Under the pieces are notes generated by a model. That model saw only the letters and a list, made by a program, of their open reading frames with translations, made no database searches and was not told where the DNA came from. This document shows, piece by piece, positions 53,192 through 64,000 of a stretch of DNA of 64,000 nt. Every line of letters starts with the position of its first letter. Within the stretch, counting starts at the first letter, position 1. Made by a program: the position numbers and the translations under genes. This DNA comes from Obrimoposthia wandeli (taxonomy: Eukaryota): assembly GCA_977020255.1 (NCBI GenBank), contig CDROCS010003914.1:124001-188000 (forward strand), given 5' to 3'.

Positions 53192-54016
53192 TTAGCGCCA
53201 GCGCAATAAACGTCGTTCAATACGCGTTATCAAACTGCTAACGGTTAATCCCAGCATCGATAAAATCATTACACCAGCTAGTAATTGCTCTATTTGATAA
53301 AGATTACCTGCCGCTAGAATAAGCGCCCCCACACCAAATTCGGCGCCAATCATTTCTGCGGCAACTAGTAAAATAATACCGATAGAAGCAGAAATACGAC
53401 AACCCGCCAATATGTTCGGCAAGGCGCCGGGAAATATAATACGGCTAATGATCGACTGTGTTTTTAGATTAAAGCTCAAACCCATCTGAATAAGGTTACG
53501 CGGCACCATATCAATACCAGAATAGGTATAAATCACCGTTGGGAAAAATACCCCAAAGGCAATAGTGGCTACTTTACTGGGTTCTCCTATGCCGAACCAA
53601 ATAATAAATAAAGGTAGCAAAGCTATTTTGGGGATAGCGAAAAAAGCCGATATAAAGGGCACGCCAATAGCCCTGCCGATAGAAGTTAAGCCAACCAACG
53701 CGCCGATAAACAAGCCGCAAATCGTCCCTAAGCTCCAACCTAGAACAAGGCGCTGTAATGAAGCACTTAAATGCTGCCACAATTCACCACTGATAATGAG
53801 TTGCCACAGAGCTTGGCCGATTTCTAAAGGCGCTGGTAATACGATTGATGGAACCCACCCTTGCACACTACCTAATTGCCAAAAAGCCAGTAGCGCGATA
53901 AATGCAAGTAGTGCTAAGCCTGGAATGATCTTGAGCTGGAACTTAGCGCCACGATAGGTAACCTTTGTGAATCTGTCTGCTTCAAGGTCGTCTGTTTTAG
54001 GTTTATCAGTCAACAT
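53192..54016 (-). CDS. NitT/TauT-family ABC transporter permease
   Basis: LPAPLEI, IPKIALLPLFIIWFGIGE, PGALPNI and AAEMIGA. Confidence 0.93.
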   Translation of the reverse strand: MLTDKPKTDDLEADRFTKVTYRGAKFQLKIIPGLALLAFIALLAFWQLGSVQGWVPSIVLPAPLEIGQALWQLIISGELWQHLSASLQRLVLGWSLGTICGLFIGALVGLTSIGRAIGVPFISAFFAIPKIALLPLFIIWFGIGEPSKVATIAFGVFFPTVIYTYSGIDMVPRNLIQMGLSFNLKTQSIISRIIFPGALPNILAGCRISASIGIILLVAAEMIGAEFGVGALILAAGNLYQIEQLLAGVMILSMLGLTVSSLITRIERRLLRWR

Positions 54017-54776
54017 TTCCTACCTCGTTTTGTGCTTCAATCGCTTCATCTTTAATTAGCGACCAAATCTGCTGCTGAAATTGTGCCATCTCTTGCGGGT
54101 GTTGGAGTCTGTCTTCTAGTGGTCTGTTAATCTCGATAATATCCTTGATGCGCCCAGGTCTGCGGCTCATAACAACTACTTGATGCGCGATGCGCACTGC
54201 CTCCGATAAATTATGAGTAACATAGACAGCAGTGATTTTATTCTTAAGCCATAACTGCACGATATCCTCCATCAGCAGTTCACGGGTTTGTGCATCTAAG
54301 GCGCTTAGTGGTTCATCCATTAATAGAACCGCAGGATTAACCGCCAATGCGCGGGCAATGCCGACTCGCTGCCGCATCCCTCCAGATAGCTGTTTTGGCA
54401 AAGCATGGGTGAAATCACTCAAGCCTGTTCTGCTCAGTGCGTCAGCTACTCGTTGCTTAGTTTGGGAGGTGTTAAGATTCGCGTTTTCAAGCACTAAGGC
54501 GATATTGTCGTAAACACTTAACCAAGGTAGTAATGAAAAATCTTGGAAAACATAAGTCAGTGCATTAACGCAGTCGTCAGGTAAATCACCTGCCTTTAAA
54601 ACTTGGCCTTCGCTGGGCTCGAGTAATCCACCTAATATATTCAGCAGTGTCGATTTGCCACAGCCTGAAGGGCCAACTAAAGCGATAATTTTCCCCTCGC
54701 CTATATGGAGGTTAATATCATCCAGAACCTGTAACTGCTGATAGTGATGGCTGACGCGAACAGCTTTTAGTTCCAC
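54006..54776 (-). CDS. NitT/TauT-family ABC transporter ATPase (GTG start at 54776 preferred over 54812)
   Basis: GPSGCGKST, YVFQDFSLLPW, LSGGMRQR, DEPLSALD and VTHN; AGGAG RBS 7 nt upstream. Confidence 0.93.
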   Translation of the reverse strand: MELKAVRVSHHYQQLQVLDDINLHIGEGKIIALVGPSGCGKSTLLNILGGLLEPSEGQVLKAGDLPDDCVNALTYVFQDFSLLPWLSVYDNIALVLENANLNTSQTKQRVADALSRTGLSDFTHALPKQLSGGMRQRVGIARALAVNPAVLLMDEPLSALDAQTRELLMEDIVQLWLKNKITAVYVTHNLSEAVRIAHQVVVMSRRPGRIKDIIEINRPLEDRLQHPQEMAQFQQQIWSLIKDEAIEAQNEVGNVD

Positions 54777-54866
54777 ACGGGTGCTCCTAATTTTGGTTGA
54801 CGGCAAGCACAAAGGCTTGTTTTATAGTAAATTGTTGAAATATGAAAACTTGAGAAACAGCAATGA

Positions 54867-54892
54867 AAATCGCCAACTAACATTGGCGATTT
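54867..54892 (-). other. Stem-loop just downstream of the SBP gene (stabiliser or weak terminator)
   Basis: AAATCGCCAA-ctaaca-TTGGCGATTT, perfect 10-bp stem. Confidence 0.6.
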
Positions 54893-54936
54893 CCTAAACT
54901 AATAGTGAAATTAGTTTCAATGTGCTATCAAAGATA

Positions 54937-55980
54937 TTATGGTTGGTTGAAGTGACCTTCAATAAAACTAGTATCAATAATATCATCAGCTTTCACGGAT
55001 TTATTGACCATACCTTGCTTTTGATACCAATCTACCTGCTGGTGGATGCTGCCAATATCCAACCTCGCTTGTGCGTCGATAAACATGGCACCTGCGCGGA
55101 TTTTTGCACCCGCTTCCTTTCCTTTGTAAACGTACTTGTTGATTAGGGGTACGATTTCATCGGCCTTGGGACCAAATTCTCGATTGCCGTCGGCATCTAA
55201 TTGCAACATCGCCTGAGAGTAATCTTGGGCGCCTCGTGTGTAAGCTTTGATAAACTTTTCAACTACATCGCGCTTTTGCTCAATGTTCTTAACCGAAGTA
55301 AATAGCCCGCCAACTTGATACGGAGCATAATCCTTAACCCAGCCGATAATTTTGGCAGCACCGGCTTTATCTAGCGCTTTGGCAATATGCGGTACAATAA
55401 TCATCGAATCTACTTGGCCACTTTTAAGCGCACCAATCATATTGGGAACAGACTGCAAAGGTTTAAGCTTGATATCTTTTAAGTCAATATCATTTGCAGC
55501 AGCAACTTGGCCAATCATGTAATGAAAAGAAGATCCAACCTGAGAGATAGCAAAAGAGTGGCCTTTAAGTTGGTTTACTTGGGTTAGGCCCGCTGCATAA
55601 GCTTTGTTGGATACTAAAATGGCAGAACCGTCGATAGCGGTAACTTCACGACTTTGAGCACCAACAACTTTAAGCGCTCCTTTGCCAGCTAAATTGAAAA
55701 ATCCAGCGGTAAAAGCGGTTACCCCAAAATCAGCATCACCGGATACGATGGAGACAGCGACAGGTTGAGCGGCACGGAAAAATTTAAATTCTACATCCAA
55801 GCCCTCATCCGCGTAATAGCCTTTCTCTTGTGCGATAAATAGCGGGCTAGAAGATACAAAGGTTAAAGCCGCTATAGTGATCTTTTCATTGGCACTAGCT
55901 AAGCCTGGAGCACTCAAAAGAAGTGCCGAAAATGCGCCTAAAAGAACCCTTTTAGTTTTGTTGAATTTATATGTTTTCAA
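54937..55980 (-). CDS. NitT/TauT-family substrate-binding protein (NMT1/THI5/SsuA-like)
   Basis: Signal peptide; SSPLFIAQEKGYYADEGLDVE, SGDADFG and GSSFHY; TTG start with AGGAG RBS. Confidence 0.92.
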   Translation of the reverse strand: MKTYKFNKTKRVLLGAFSALLLSAPGLASANEKITIAALTFVSSSPLFIAQEKGYYADEGLDVEFKFFRAAQPVAVSIVSGDADFGVTAFTAGFFNLAGKGALKVVGAQSREVTAIDGSAILVSNKAYAAGLTQVNQLKGHSFAISQVGSSFHYMIGQVAAANDIDLKDIKLKPLQSVPNMIGALKSGQVDSMIIVPHIAKALDKAGAAKIIGWVKDYAPYQVGGLFTSVKNIEQKRDVVEKFIKAYTRGAQDYSQAMLQLDADGNREFGPKADEIVPLINKYVYKGKEAGAKIRAGAMFIDAQARLDIGSIHQQVDWYQKQGMVNKSVKADDIIDTSFIEGHFNQP

Positions 55981-56767
55981 AAATTATCTCCTATAAACAG
56001 CAGGTTATTTATAATTGTAGATTAATAAATAGCACGTATCTAGAGTTGGGGCAATTGATATATAGCGCGTTAAATTAATCGTGATGAAGAAAGCAACTAT
56101 TGACTGATTAAGTTATTATTCATGCAACCAATATACCGATACATTAGGGTGCACATCTAGTGCTTGGAGATTGATTTTTTGTTATTAAGTATCAGTGCTA
56201 TCAAGTATCCGCAGAAATAATTTATGGACTTTGTAATAGATACTCTCTAAATGTTAATGATACCTCGCCATAACCCCTGATGATGGGTTTATCAGTAATC
56301 ATCTCTCACCAGTAAAATCAATCGGTATTCCTATATTCGAAGATATCAACGGATGCACAATTTGCTCCCCGGCAACGAAATCTGCTGAAAATGTTCACCC
56401 AAAACTTCATAGTTAACGACGCGACGCGACGCTAATAAATAAAGTATAAGTTAGTGTAATTATGATGATGTAACTTTTGTCTTAGCCAAAAGGTTTACAA
56501 GGTATTTGCTAGCCAACAAAACTTTTACATTACGGCTGTAAAGTTTTAAAACACGGTTAGAGCGGAAAGTATTAAGCTTAAAGACTTGCTAAAATAGATA
56601 GATTCTCCTCACTATTACTCGTTAATATCGTTGGAAAACTGCTCAAGATTACTAATTTCAGAAGAGCGACTAGAACGACTTCATTAAGGGCGTGTAGGTG
56701 ATTGTGTATTGACATTTTTTTCAATAATTATTAAATTGAGCGCTTTCTCACAATAAGAAACCCCACC

Positions 56768-57130
56768 ATGAATCTTACTGAAATTAAGCACTTTTGGTCT
56801 AAACAAATTGCTGAAGCTAAACTCAATGTGCCAGCAAAGAAGCATAATTATAAAGCACTTACCGTTACTATCCACAACGCAAGTTGGTGCCCTGATTGCG
56901 AGCGCGAAGTTTCGCAATTACTAGCTTTAGATGCGCAAGCAGAACAGGGATTTGACTCAATGGTTTTACACAGTTATGAAAATATAGAAGCTTACAAACA
57001 ATGCAAATTGACAGGGGAACTGGCTATTTCATGTTTGCCCACTTTAATCTTTTATAGAGAAGGGCAAGAAGTGTTACGGGTTGAGGAGAATTCAGCGGGG
57101 CAACTTAGCTCACAATTAAACCAACTATAA
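56768..57130 (+). CDS. Thioredoxin-family protein
   Basis: ASWCPDC active site; cis-Pro loop CLPTLIFYREGQE. Confidence 0.88.
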   Translation: MNLTEIKHFWSKQIAEAKLNVPAKKHNYKALTVTIHNASWCPDCEREVSQLLALDAQAEQGFDSMVLHSYENIEAYKQCKLTGELAISCLPTLIFYREGQEVLRVEENSAGQLSSQLNQL

Positions 57131-57134
57131 AATT

Positions 57135-57161
57135 CAGGTTAGCAGGTTAGCAGGTTAGCAG
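57135..57161 (+). repeat. Tandem 8-bp repeat (CAGGTTAG) x3.4 just after the thioredoxin stop codon
   Basis: CAGGTTAG at 57135, 57143 and 57151, then CAG. Confidence 0.9.
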
Positions 57162-57989
57162 TAACGGAAGTGATGTGGTTTCCTCGAAAGGGTAATACAT
57201 ATGTTTTACTAGAACAGTGCATCCGTTCAGTTACGACTAATAGAGATCAAAAATAGCAGCGCAATCGCACTAAAGTTCCGCTAATGTTTTCAATGTATAA
57301 CCATGTTAACTAGCTATGTTCAAAGTTCTCTATAAAGATAGCGCCACAGCAGCATAGAACACGTTTAATATTAACTAGATTAATTCCCCTTTTGAATAGA
57401 AGTTTATTTTAATCAACTCTATAAACAATACTGGCAGTGGCCGGCTGAACCAAAAAACAGCTTGTCTGAGTGAGGTATAACTTTTCAATTTGAAGTTGAG
57501 AGAAATTATTCAATAACAACATGTAGTTATCAAGAATGCTAAGTATTTATTTTACATAAGGATTAAAGCAGAGGTATAAAAGCGAAAGCTCAATGGGCAC
57601 GCATTGCGCCAAGCAAGTCGCTCGAAGACTACAAGTCTTTTAACGGGCAGGATATAGCATTCCTTAACCGTTATAATTTGATGCGTTTGCTAGCTAAAAA
57701 TCATCAATAGGCCATTTAATGATCTATCTATATGAAAACCATTGCTCAATTTTCTGAATTTGAACTCAAAGTCACCTTCTTTTGTTTGTTTTCATGGCTG
57801 TCTCCGTAATAAAACCGTAATTTCAGTCGCTAATTAGACCCAGTATGAATTAGAGATGAAGGCTAACTTTATGTTTTATAACTATTCGTTAAGTTTAAAG
57901 TAATGAGCTGTTAATAACGAGTGTAATTCTAATATGATTTAAGCTATATTAATCTTTACTAGGAAAAAGTCTTAGGAAGGAGAATTCAT

Positions 57990-59618
57990 ATGCTTAACAA
58001 TACCTCATTCAAAATAAAGCTAATCATGATATCAGTATTGCCGTTAGCTATTTTAGGAACTATGTTGCTTGTCTTGTTATTAGAATGGAAAAGTGCGGCT
58101 TCTGGTGTAGACAGAATTTACAGCGATCGAGTGGTTCCCTTAAAAGGTTTAAAAGTCATTGCCGATGACTATGCCGTTATGGTGATTGATGCCGTAAATA
58201 AAGCAAATGCTGGATTGGCAACCGTTGAAGAAACATCAGAAATAATTGAAAGTTCTGAGAAAAATATTGCTAAAAAATGGAAAGAATATATAGCGACCGA
58301 ATTAACAGCTGAAGAAAGTAAATTAGTAAAAGAAGCGGAACTTTTATTTGTTAAAGCAGATGCCGCAATTGAGAAAACCCATAGTGAACTTCAAGAATTA
58401 TCTGGAAATGTAGCAGGGAAACTAAATCATTTAGATGGGCCTTTGTATGCAGATATAGATCCAATCAGTGAAAAGATCACTGAATTAATCAACCTGCAGT
58501 TACGGGTCGTCAAAGATGAAAGAGATTTAATACATGATACTTACGAACGGGATGTTGCCATATTGATACCACTTTCCATTGGTGTGATCTTATTAATTTC
58601 TTTATTGTGTTTCGTTGTCTACAAGTCTCTTATAGGGCCTTTAGTTACAATGAAAAACACGCTTGAGAAAATCGCAACTGACTCAGACCTGACACATTTG
58701 CTTGAAACGAACGGCAAAAACGAATTAAGTGACATAGCAGTAAGCTGTAATACACTACTATCGCAAATACGGGGGTTAATATCTCACATCAGCGTATCTA
58801 CAGCTAAACTATCAACTTCAGCAGTTGATATGAAAGAGGTTAGCCTTAGTGCTACAAAAGGCATTAATACTCAAAAAGAGGAGATAGAGCAAGTTGCAAC
58901 CGCAATGAACGAAATGGTATCGACCGCCCAAGAGATTTCCCGTAATGCTGAGTCTGCTGATAAAAGTGCAAGAAGGACCAGTGAGCAAGCCGAGCAAGGT
59001 AATATTATTGTTAATGGAGCGGTTCAAGCAACCGGCGCTCTGGTTGTAGATGTAGAAAAGGTTTCTGATCAAATACAAGTTTTAGAGGCTGAGAGTAGTA
59101 GTATTGGTTCAATTGTTGATGTAATCAAAGGAATAGCAGAACAGACCAATTTATTGGCCCTAAATGCTGCGATCGAAGCGGCCCGTGCTGGAGATCAAGG
59201 TCGAGGTTTCGCAGTGGTAGCTGACGAGGTACGTAGCCTAGCGCAAAGAACGCAACAGTCTACCCAAGAGATACAAGACGCTATTGAAAAACTACAAGAA
59301 GGTACCGGTAATGCTGTTGTTGCAATGAATGCTGGGCAGGAAAAGGCCGAGGGAGCAGGAGTTCAATCAATAGAAGCAGGTAAAGCTTTGGAATCAATAT
59401 CTGTGGCTATCTTGGATATTACTGGCATGAACGGTTTGATCGCCACGGCTTCAGAAGAACAAACTAGTGTTTCTGAGGAAATTAATAAATCGCTCGTCAC
59501 TTTGCTTGGCTCTTCCAATCAATCCAGTGTTGGAGTCGCAAGAATTGCAGAGTCAAGTGAGGAATTAGCGCTACTAGCGGATGAACTGAAAGAAGTTATT
59601 ATTCAGTATAAGGTTTGA
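57990..59618 (+). CDS. Methyl-accepting chemotaxis protein with four-helix-bundle (4HB_MCP_1) sensor
   Basis: [21 protein letters not shown]; two TM helices, HAMP, conserved signalling hairpin. Confidence 0.95.
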   Translation: MLNNTSFKIKLIMISVLPLAILGTMLLVLLLEWKSAASGVDRIYSDRVVPLKGLKVIADDYAVMVIDAVNKANAGLATVEETSEIIESSEKNIAKKWKEYIATELTAEESKLVKEAELLFVKADAAIEKTHSELQELSGNVAGKLNHLDGPLYADIDPISEKITELINLQLRVVKDERDLIHDTYERDVAILIPLSIGVILLISLLCFVVYKSLIGPLVTMKNTLEKIATDSDLTHLLETNGKNELSDIAVSCNTLLSQIRGLISHISVSTAKLSTSAVDMKEVSLSATKGINTQKEEIEQVATAMNEMVSTAQEISRNAESADKSARRTSEQAEQGNIIVNGAVQATGALVVDVEKVSDQIQVLEAESSSIGSIVDVIKGIAEQTNLLALNAAIEAARAGDQGRGFAVVADEVRSLAQRTQQSTQEIQDAIEKLQEGTGNAVVAMNAGQEKAEGAGVQSIEAGKALESISVAILDITGMNGLIATASEEQTSVSEEINKSLVTLLGSSNQSSVGVARIAESSEELALLADELKEVIIQYKV

Positions 59619-59904
59619 TAGAAGAGAGTGGAAAATCTAAAGCTCTGCTTGTTTTTTGATAGAGCTTTGATCACTACAGGATGGTTAGCATGGCTAAAGC
59701 GGATATGGCAGTGGGGCTAGCATTAAACGGTATATAATTAAACGCTGAAATTCATTGGTATTTCCTAGCGAAAATAAAATATCTAATGGATAACCTAATG
59801 AAATAGTTAGACATAGTTGTTGTGAAAAACTGACTAACGATAGCCTAACAGATGATGGTTTCGCAACTATGATGTAGATCGGTTGTGGTTTTTTTGTGTT
59901 TATT

Positions 59905-60061
59905 TTAAATTGGGGTAATACCACCTATTCCCATATTATGCCGCTCACGGTGTTAAACCCATAACCATGCAGCGGCTCTAGTTTACCAGCCTGGTATCAC
60001 GATGAATATAATGGCTGAACCAATTATATCTTACCGTTCGATTAAAACGTTAAATCTAAGC
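59905..60061 (-). pseudogene. Degenerate IS3-family transposase (OrfB C-terminus) remnant
   Basis: Minus strand A*I*RFNRTVRYNWFSHY, frameshift, then AAAWLWV*HRERHNMGIGGITPI*; matches the IS3 pattern AYIERFNRTVRYDW...WLWTYNHERPNMAIGGITP. Confidence 0.8.
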
Positions 60062-60734
60062 GCTCAATAAATTGGCAATAAGCTGATTAGCACTATTAAG
60101 TTTAGCTTTATATCTATATCACGTTCCACTGATCAGAAGTACCATGCATTAGACTGACACTGAGTAGACCCTAGCGAGGTGATTTATTGTATATTTATTC
60201 CCCATTACTTTATGTTCACAAACAGAGACTACTTTTTTTTACGGTAAAGATGGTCATTTTTTCAGGCTTGTAGAGCGTGTTTCTAAGGTTTATGCACCCT
60301 GAAAGTTCAGAATAAAATCAAGAAGCGCGTCAGCACATTGCCATAAGAAATTAGCTTAAAGCGTGTAATAAAATACGCAAGACAATGACTCTCAAAAATT
60401 GGCTGATGGGAATTTATTAATCATAAAGTCATAGAGAAAGTTTTAAAGTTCAAGGATTTCTCTGTAAAACCTTATCTTTCGAGGCAGCGTGGCCTTAATG
60501 AAGAGGCATCGTAGATCACTGCGACAATAGTCCTTAAAAGGAAAGATCGACGCTTTCATATTTTGAAATAGAGCAATCTAATATTAAGGTATATCCTAGG
60601 AAGATGCTTATCTATCTATCTTGTATTAATTTCTAGTGGGTAAGCGTTTATCGCTTAATTTGTACTTCTAGAGTTTTCTGCGAATTGAGCTATAAATACT
60701 GCATTTACCATCTGAAGTCGGAAGTTTTTAAGGT

Positions 60735-60767
60735 CTCTATCTAGACACTATTAATGTCTAGATAGAG
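60735..60767. other. Perfect 13-bp hairpin downstream of the chemoreceptor gene
   Basis: CTCTATCTAGACA-ctattaa-TGTCTAGATAGAG; no 3' U-tract on either strand, so not a canonical terminator. Confidence 0.55.
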
Positions 60768-60775
60768 GCAAAAAA

Positions 60776-62281
60776 CTATTGGTTTTCCGTTACTTTGAAT
60801 TGCTGTGATAAATTTCTAAGCTCTTTGGCTGTATTCTCCATTTCTTTCGAATTATCAGAAATGCTAGATATTTCACTTAAGCTATTATTACCAATACTAG
60901 TGATACTATTTATTGATGCGTTTATGTCATCAGCTACGGTACTTTGCTCTCTTATTGTCACTACAATTTGAGAGGCCATTAGGCTGATTTTTTCAGTAGA
61001 GTCTTGAATATTTTTCAAGAATACACTTGATTTTTTTGCATCATCAGCCGTAGATATTCCGCGCGCGGTTCCTTCTTCCATGACCTCTACAGCCGCTTTA
61101 GAGCTAGTTTGTAACCTCTGAACAGTTTGTTCTATTTCGCTAGTACTTGCTTGTGTTCTGGTTGCAAGAGTACGCACCTCATCCGCTACAACAGCAAAGC
61201 CACGACCTAAGTCACCCGCTCTTGCAGCTTCAATTGCAGCATTTAAAGCGAGTAAGTTTGTTTGATCAGCGATGGTTCTTATGACTTGTAAAACGCTAGC
61301 AATACCGCCAACATCATTTTCCAGTGATATAATAACTTCACTAGTCTTAGCCAGATGCTCAGAGAGCTCGTTAATTGAATTTACTAATTCGTTAATAATA
61401 TTGGTAATTGTTGTCGCGTCATCGCTGGCTTTGCTAGCAGAATCTGCTGCTAGTTCAATGCTTTCTGAAATTTCGTTAGTCGCAGCGGACATCCCAGTAA
61501 TAGCTGTCGCAACTTGATCGGTTTCTTGCTGTTGCTTTATTAACCCTTGATGGTTAATAGAGATTGTTTTGCTGACATTTTTAGCAACAATTGATCCTTG
61601 GTTAGCTGACTCTTGGATAGATAGAATTAAATTTTGAATTTTTAATACAAAGCTATTAAACGATGATGCAACGTGTCCTATTTCGTCCTTGCGTGCTACC
61701 TTCAAACGCAGGGTAAGATCGCCATCACCTTCGGCGATATTTTCTAAAGCGATGCCCACTTCTTTTATTGGTTGTAAAATCATTCGGTTTAATAAAAAAT
61801 AAATTAATGCTATTAATAAAGTGATTAGCAATAAACCTTTAATTGTTATTGTTTTAATAAGAAGGTTAAGCTCATCTTTGATGGTTGAATTATCTTTGTA
61901 TAAAAGAACAGAGCCTACTTCATTTTCTTCTTCATCTTCTATGTACATTAAATTAAAGGCGATAGCATTTCCGCTGCCTTTACCGTCTGAACCACCAACT
62001 TTTTCACCTTTATTATCTAGTATCTCAATATAGGTAATATATTCTGATTGCTGCTCTGAGTTAATAGTACTTATGAATTGTTTTTCTTCAAAGTTCCATA
62101 TTAAGGCGGGTAGGTTTATTTTCAGTCTAGATTCTATTAGTGTCAGTTCATGCTTCTGCCTTTCTGACAACAAATTTCGTTGGTGTGTGTAGTCGTATAC
62201 TCCAAAAGTAATTATTAACGCTGCGACGATAATAAAGATTGCTACTATCAGCCGAAAAGAAAGAGATTCATATATTTTCAT
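60776..62281 (-). CDS. Methyl-accepting chemotaxis protein with small single-module periplasmic domain
   Basis: Two TM helices around about 110 aa ([10 protein letters not shown]...YIEILD...VGSVLLY); HAMP; [17 protein letters not shown]. Confidence 0.95.
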   Translation of the reverse strand: MKIYESLSFRLIVAIFIIVAALIITFGVYDYTHQRNLLSERQKHELTLIESRLKINLPALIWNFEEKQFISTINSEQQSEYITYIEILDNKGEKVGGSDGKGSGNAIAFNLMYIEDEEENEVGSVLLYKDNSTIKDELNLLIKTITIKGLLLITLLIALIYFLLNRMILQPIKEVGIALENIAEGDGDLTLRLKVARKDEIGHVASSFNSFVLKIQNLILSIQESANQGSIVAKNVSKTISINHQGLIKQQQETDQVATAITGMSAATNEISESIELAADSASKASDDATTITNIINELVNSINELSEHLAKTSEVIISLENDVGGIASVLQVIRTIADQTNLLALNAAIEAARAGDLGRGFAVVADEVRTLATRTQASTSEIEQTVQRLQTSSKAAVEVMEEGTARGISTADDAKKSSVFLKNIQDSTEKISLMASQIVVTIREQSTVADDINASINSITSIGNNSLSEISSISDNSKEMENTAKELRNLSQQFKVTENQ

Positions 62282-62370
62282 TGTTTGTAACTCTTATTCA
62301 ATTCATTAATGTCATATTGGCTCTTATTAATCCAGAGCCAATATCTTTAATAAAATAATGCTTCGCGGGT

Positions 62371-63156
62371 TTAGTTTCCTAACCACTTATTCTTTAATGC
62401 GTCGTATTCACCATTTTCTTTCATTTCTTTAAGTACAATATCGTACTGGTCAACGACACTTTGAATTTCTGGGTGAGAAGATTTTTTAGAAAAAGCCATT
62501 GGATAGCCTTTTGAAAAGAGCACAGCTTCGTTGCTCTGGATGTTCTTAAGACCTAATAATTTATTGAAAGTATATTTACCTGTGATTTTATCTTCAACGA
62601 TAGCGTCGATACGATTACTATCTAACTTTTTAAAATTACTGGTTAGATCTTTACCTTCTTTTAATTGCTTACTTAATTTTTTATCAGATCTATTTGGAAA
62701 AGCTTTCCAAAAAGCATCGTTATATGAATAGCCTTTAATTACACCCACTTTTGCTTTACTTGCAACTAAGTCAGCGTAACTTTTATCTCCTTTCGATTTG
62801 CCTTCTATATTGGAGAATATCGTAAACTCACTAGTCCAAAGGTCTTCCTTAGGATAGATAACAAATGGTAATCTTTTATCTTTACGCGAGGTGCTCAACG
62901 ATGCATCGGCTTCGCCACTTTCAATCATGCTCCAAGCACGTACCCAAGGAAGAATTTTAATTTCAGCAGTATGGCCCATTTTTTTGAAAATAGCCTTGGT
63001 AATATCAATATCCATACCTACTACATTTCCTGATTCATCCTGGAATTCAAAAGGTGCTGTGCTGCCTGCTACTATTAAAAAATTACTTGCCTGAACCATT
63101 TGGGCAGAAAGAATTGTTGAAATTAAAGCTAAACCAATAGTTGTTTTTTTTAACAT
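62371..63156 (-). CDS. Solute-binding protein family 3 (SBP_bac_3), no adjacent permease
   Basis: Signal peptide; APFEF, GMDIDIT, LPWVRAW..IESGEAD, GVIKGYSY and RIDAIV. Confidence 0.9.
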   Translation of the reverse strand: MLKKTTIGLALISTILSAQMVQASNFLIVAGSTAPFEFQDESGNVVGMDIDITKAIFKKMGHTAEIKILPWVRAWSMIESGEADASLSTSRKDKRLPFVIYPKEDLWTSEFTIFSNIEGKSKGDKSYADLVASKAKVGVIKGYSYNDAFWKAFPNRSDKKLSKQLKEGKDLTSNFKKLDSNRIDAIVEDKITGKYTFNKLLGLKNIQSNEAVLFSKGYPMAFSKKSSHPEIQSVVDQYDIVLKEMKENGEYDALKNKWLGN

Positions 63157-63536
63157 AATATTACCTTATAAGTTAGGAGCCAGATGTTTTTTACGTTAAC
63201 TTTTGTTCGGAGTATTTGTCATATATTTAAGACTAAATAATCTAGAACCTAATTTTATTGTATTGGTTTTCTTATCAAACGACAATAAAAGTATATAGGT
63301 TGTGTTAATTAAAACTAACATCGGCAGCCCTCTGAAAAACAATAGAAGTAAAAACGAGAATCTTCTTTTATACAAACTGTAGGAGAGGATTTAATAAAAA
63401 AATACTCTTTTACGAACACAAAAAATCAACTAATTTAAGTCAATATCTAAAAGTATTTTTTACAAAATCGATAGCTAGTAATATACTTTATTTATTGTGT
63501 GTTAAGGTTTTTAAGTAAGAAACTTGGAGGTCAAGT

Positions 63537-64000
63537 ATGACTGGGCAGAGTTTGGATCGTCGAACATTTGTAAAATCATCACTATTTGTTTCTATTTCTT
63601 TGTTATTGGCTCCTTATCATTTAGCTCAAGCTAGTGCCCTACAAGGTATTCGAGTCATTGTAATAGGTGCTGGTTGCGCTGGGTTAGGAGCTGCTCGTGT
63701 TCTGGCGGATTCAGGTGCAATTGTCACTGTAATCGAAGCAAAACCAAACATAGGTGGTAGGCTATTAACTGATTGGTCAATGGGGGCGCCTTTTGAAATT
63801 GGCGCTGGTTGGATACATGGGCCATCTGCTAAGAACCCTATTAAGAAATTGGCAGATGCAGTTGATGCTAAATACATAGTGACGCATGATGACAATTTAG
63901 AAGTATTTGATTTTAAGTCTAAAATCATGTCTGAGGCAGCGTTAGAAAAATTGAATCGCACTTGGGAGAAAACACTTAAAGATGTTGATGATGCGCTGGA
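63537..64000 (+). CDS. Tat-exported flavin amine/polyamine oxidase, partial (runs off the right edge); not in ORF track
   Basis: GGAGG RBS; MTGQSLDRRTFVKSS twin-arginine signal; VIVIGAGCAGLGAA, VIEAKPNIGGR and GAGWIHG...NPI of the amine oxidase family. Confidence 0.9.
   Translation, partial: MTGQSLDRRTFVKSSLFVSISLLLAPYHLAQASALQGIRVIVIGAGCAGLGAARVLADSGAIVTVIEAKPNIGGRLLTDWSMGAPFEIGAGWIHGPSAKNPIKKLADAVDAKYIVTHDDNLEVFDFKSKIMSEAALEKLNRTWEKTLKDVDDAL

Noticed and set aside
56160-56431. Possible decayed frame and (CGACG)x3 at 56417-56431
   Set aside because: Frame unidentifiable; the 15-bp microsatellite is too short to interpret.
56684-56697. TTAAGGGCGTGTAG, reminiscent of IS5-family termini
   Set aside because: No partner inverted repeat or transposase trace nearby.
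57165-57710. Short open stretches in the thioredoxin-MCP spacer
   Set aside because: No start/RBS and no recognisable motif.
59694-59924. 76-aa minus-strand ORF
   Set aside because: No recognisable family; its 5' part overlaps the end of the IS3 remnant in another frame.

Overview
About 64 kb of AT-rich chromosome, probably from a marine gammaproteobacterium (inferred from gene content; taxon not determined). I found about 56 CDSs and no rRNA, tRNA, CRISPR array or intact mobile element. The left third is mostly housekeeping: pdxH, slyD-like, rapA, fadD, and holA-lptE-leuS-ybeL. The rest is accessory: an iodotyrosine-deiodinase (IYD) homologue facing a MarR gene, pcp, ftnA, a PotABCD-type ABC transporter, gmhA, a GlxA-type regulator, chrB-chrA, a dimethylglycine/sarcosine dehydrogenase-like gene, pecM-pecS, a GGDEF protein, bfd with two bacterioferritin genes, a NitT/TauT ABC transporter, four chemoreceptors and a truncated Tat-exported flavin amine oxidase. 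Three genes missing from the ORF track were read directly from the sequence: a partial CDS at 1-231, bfd at 47708-47884 and the amine oxidase from 63537. The best leads are: (1) a switch-like structured 5' leader on chrB-chrA that can sequester the ribosome binding site, a probable orphan riboswitch of the chrB-a/b type; (2) an IYD with all known substrate residues intact, paired with an unusual MarR and a palindromic operator; (3) a chemoreceptor with one dCache domain nested inside another; (4) a solute-binding-protein/chemoreceptor pair divergent from a periplasmic amine oxidase; (5) a split-function heteropolymeric bacterioferritin with a divergent bfd; (6) a 152-bp MITE. All family assignments come from motif recognition by eye; no database searches were run.
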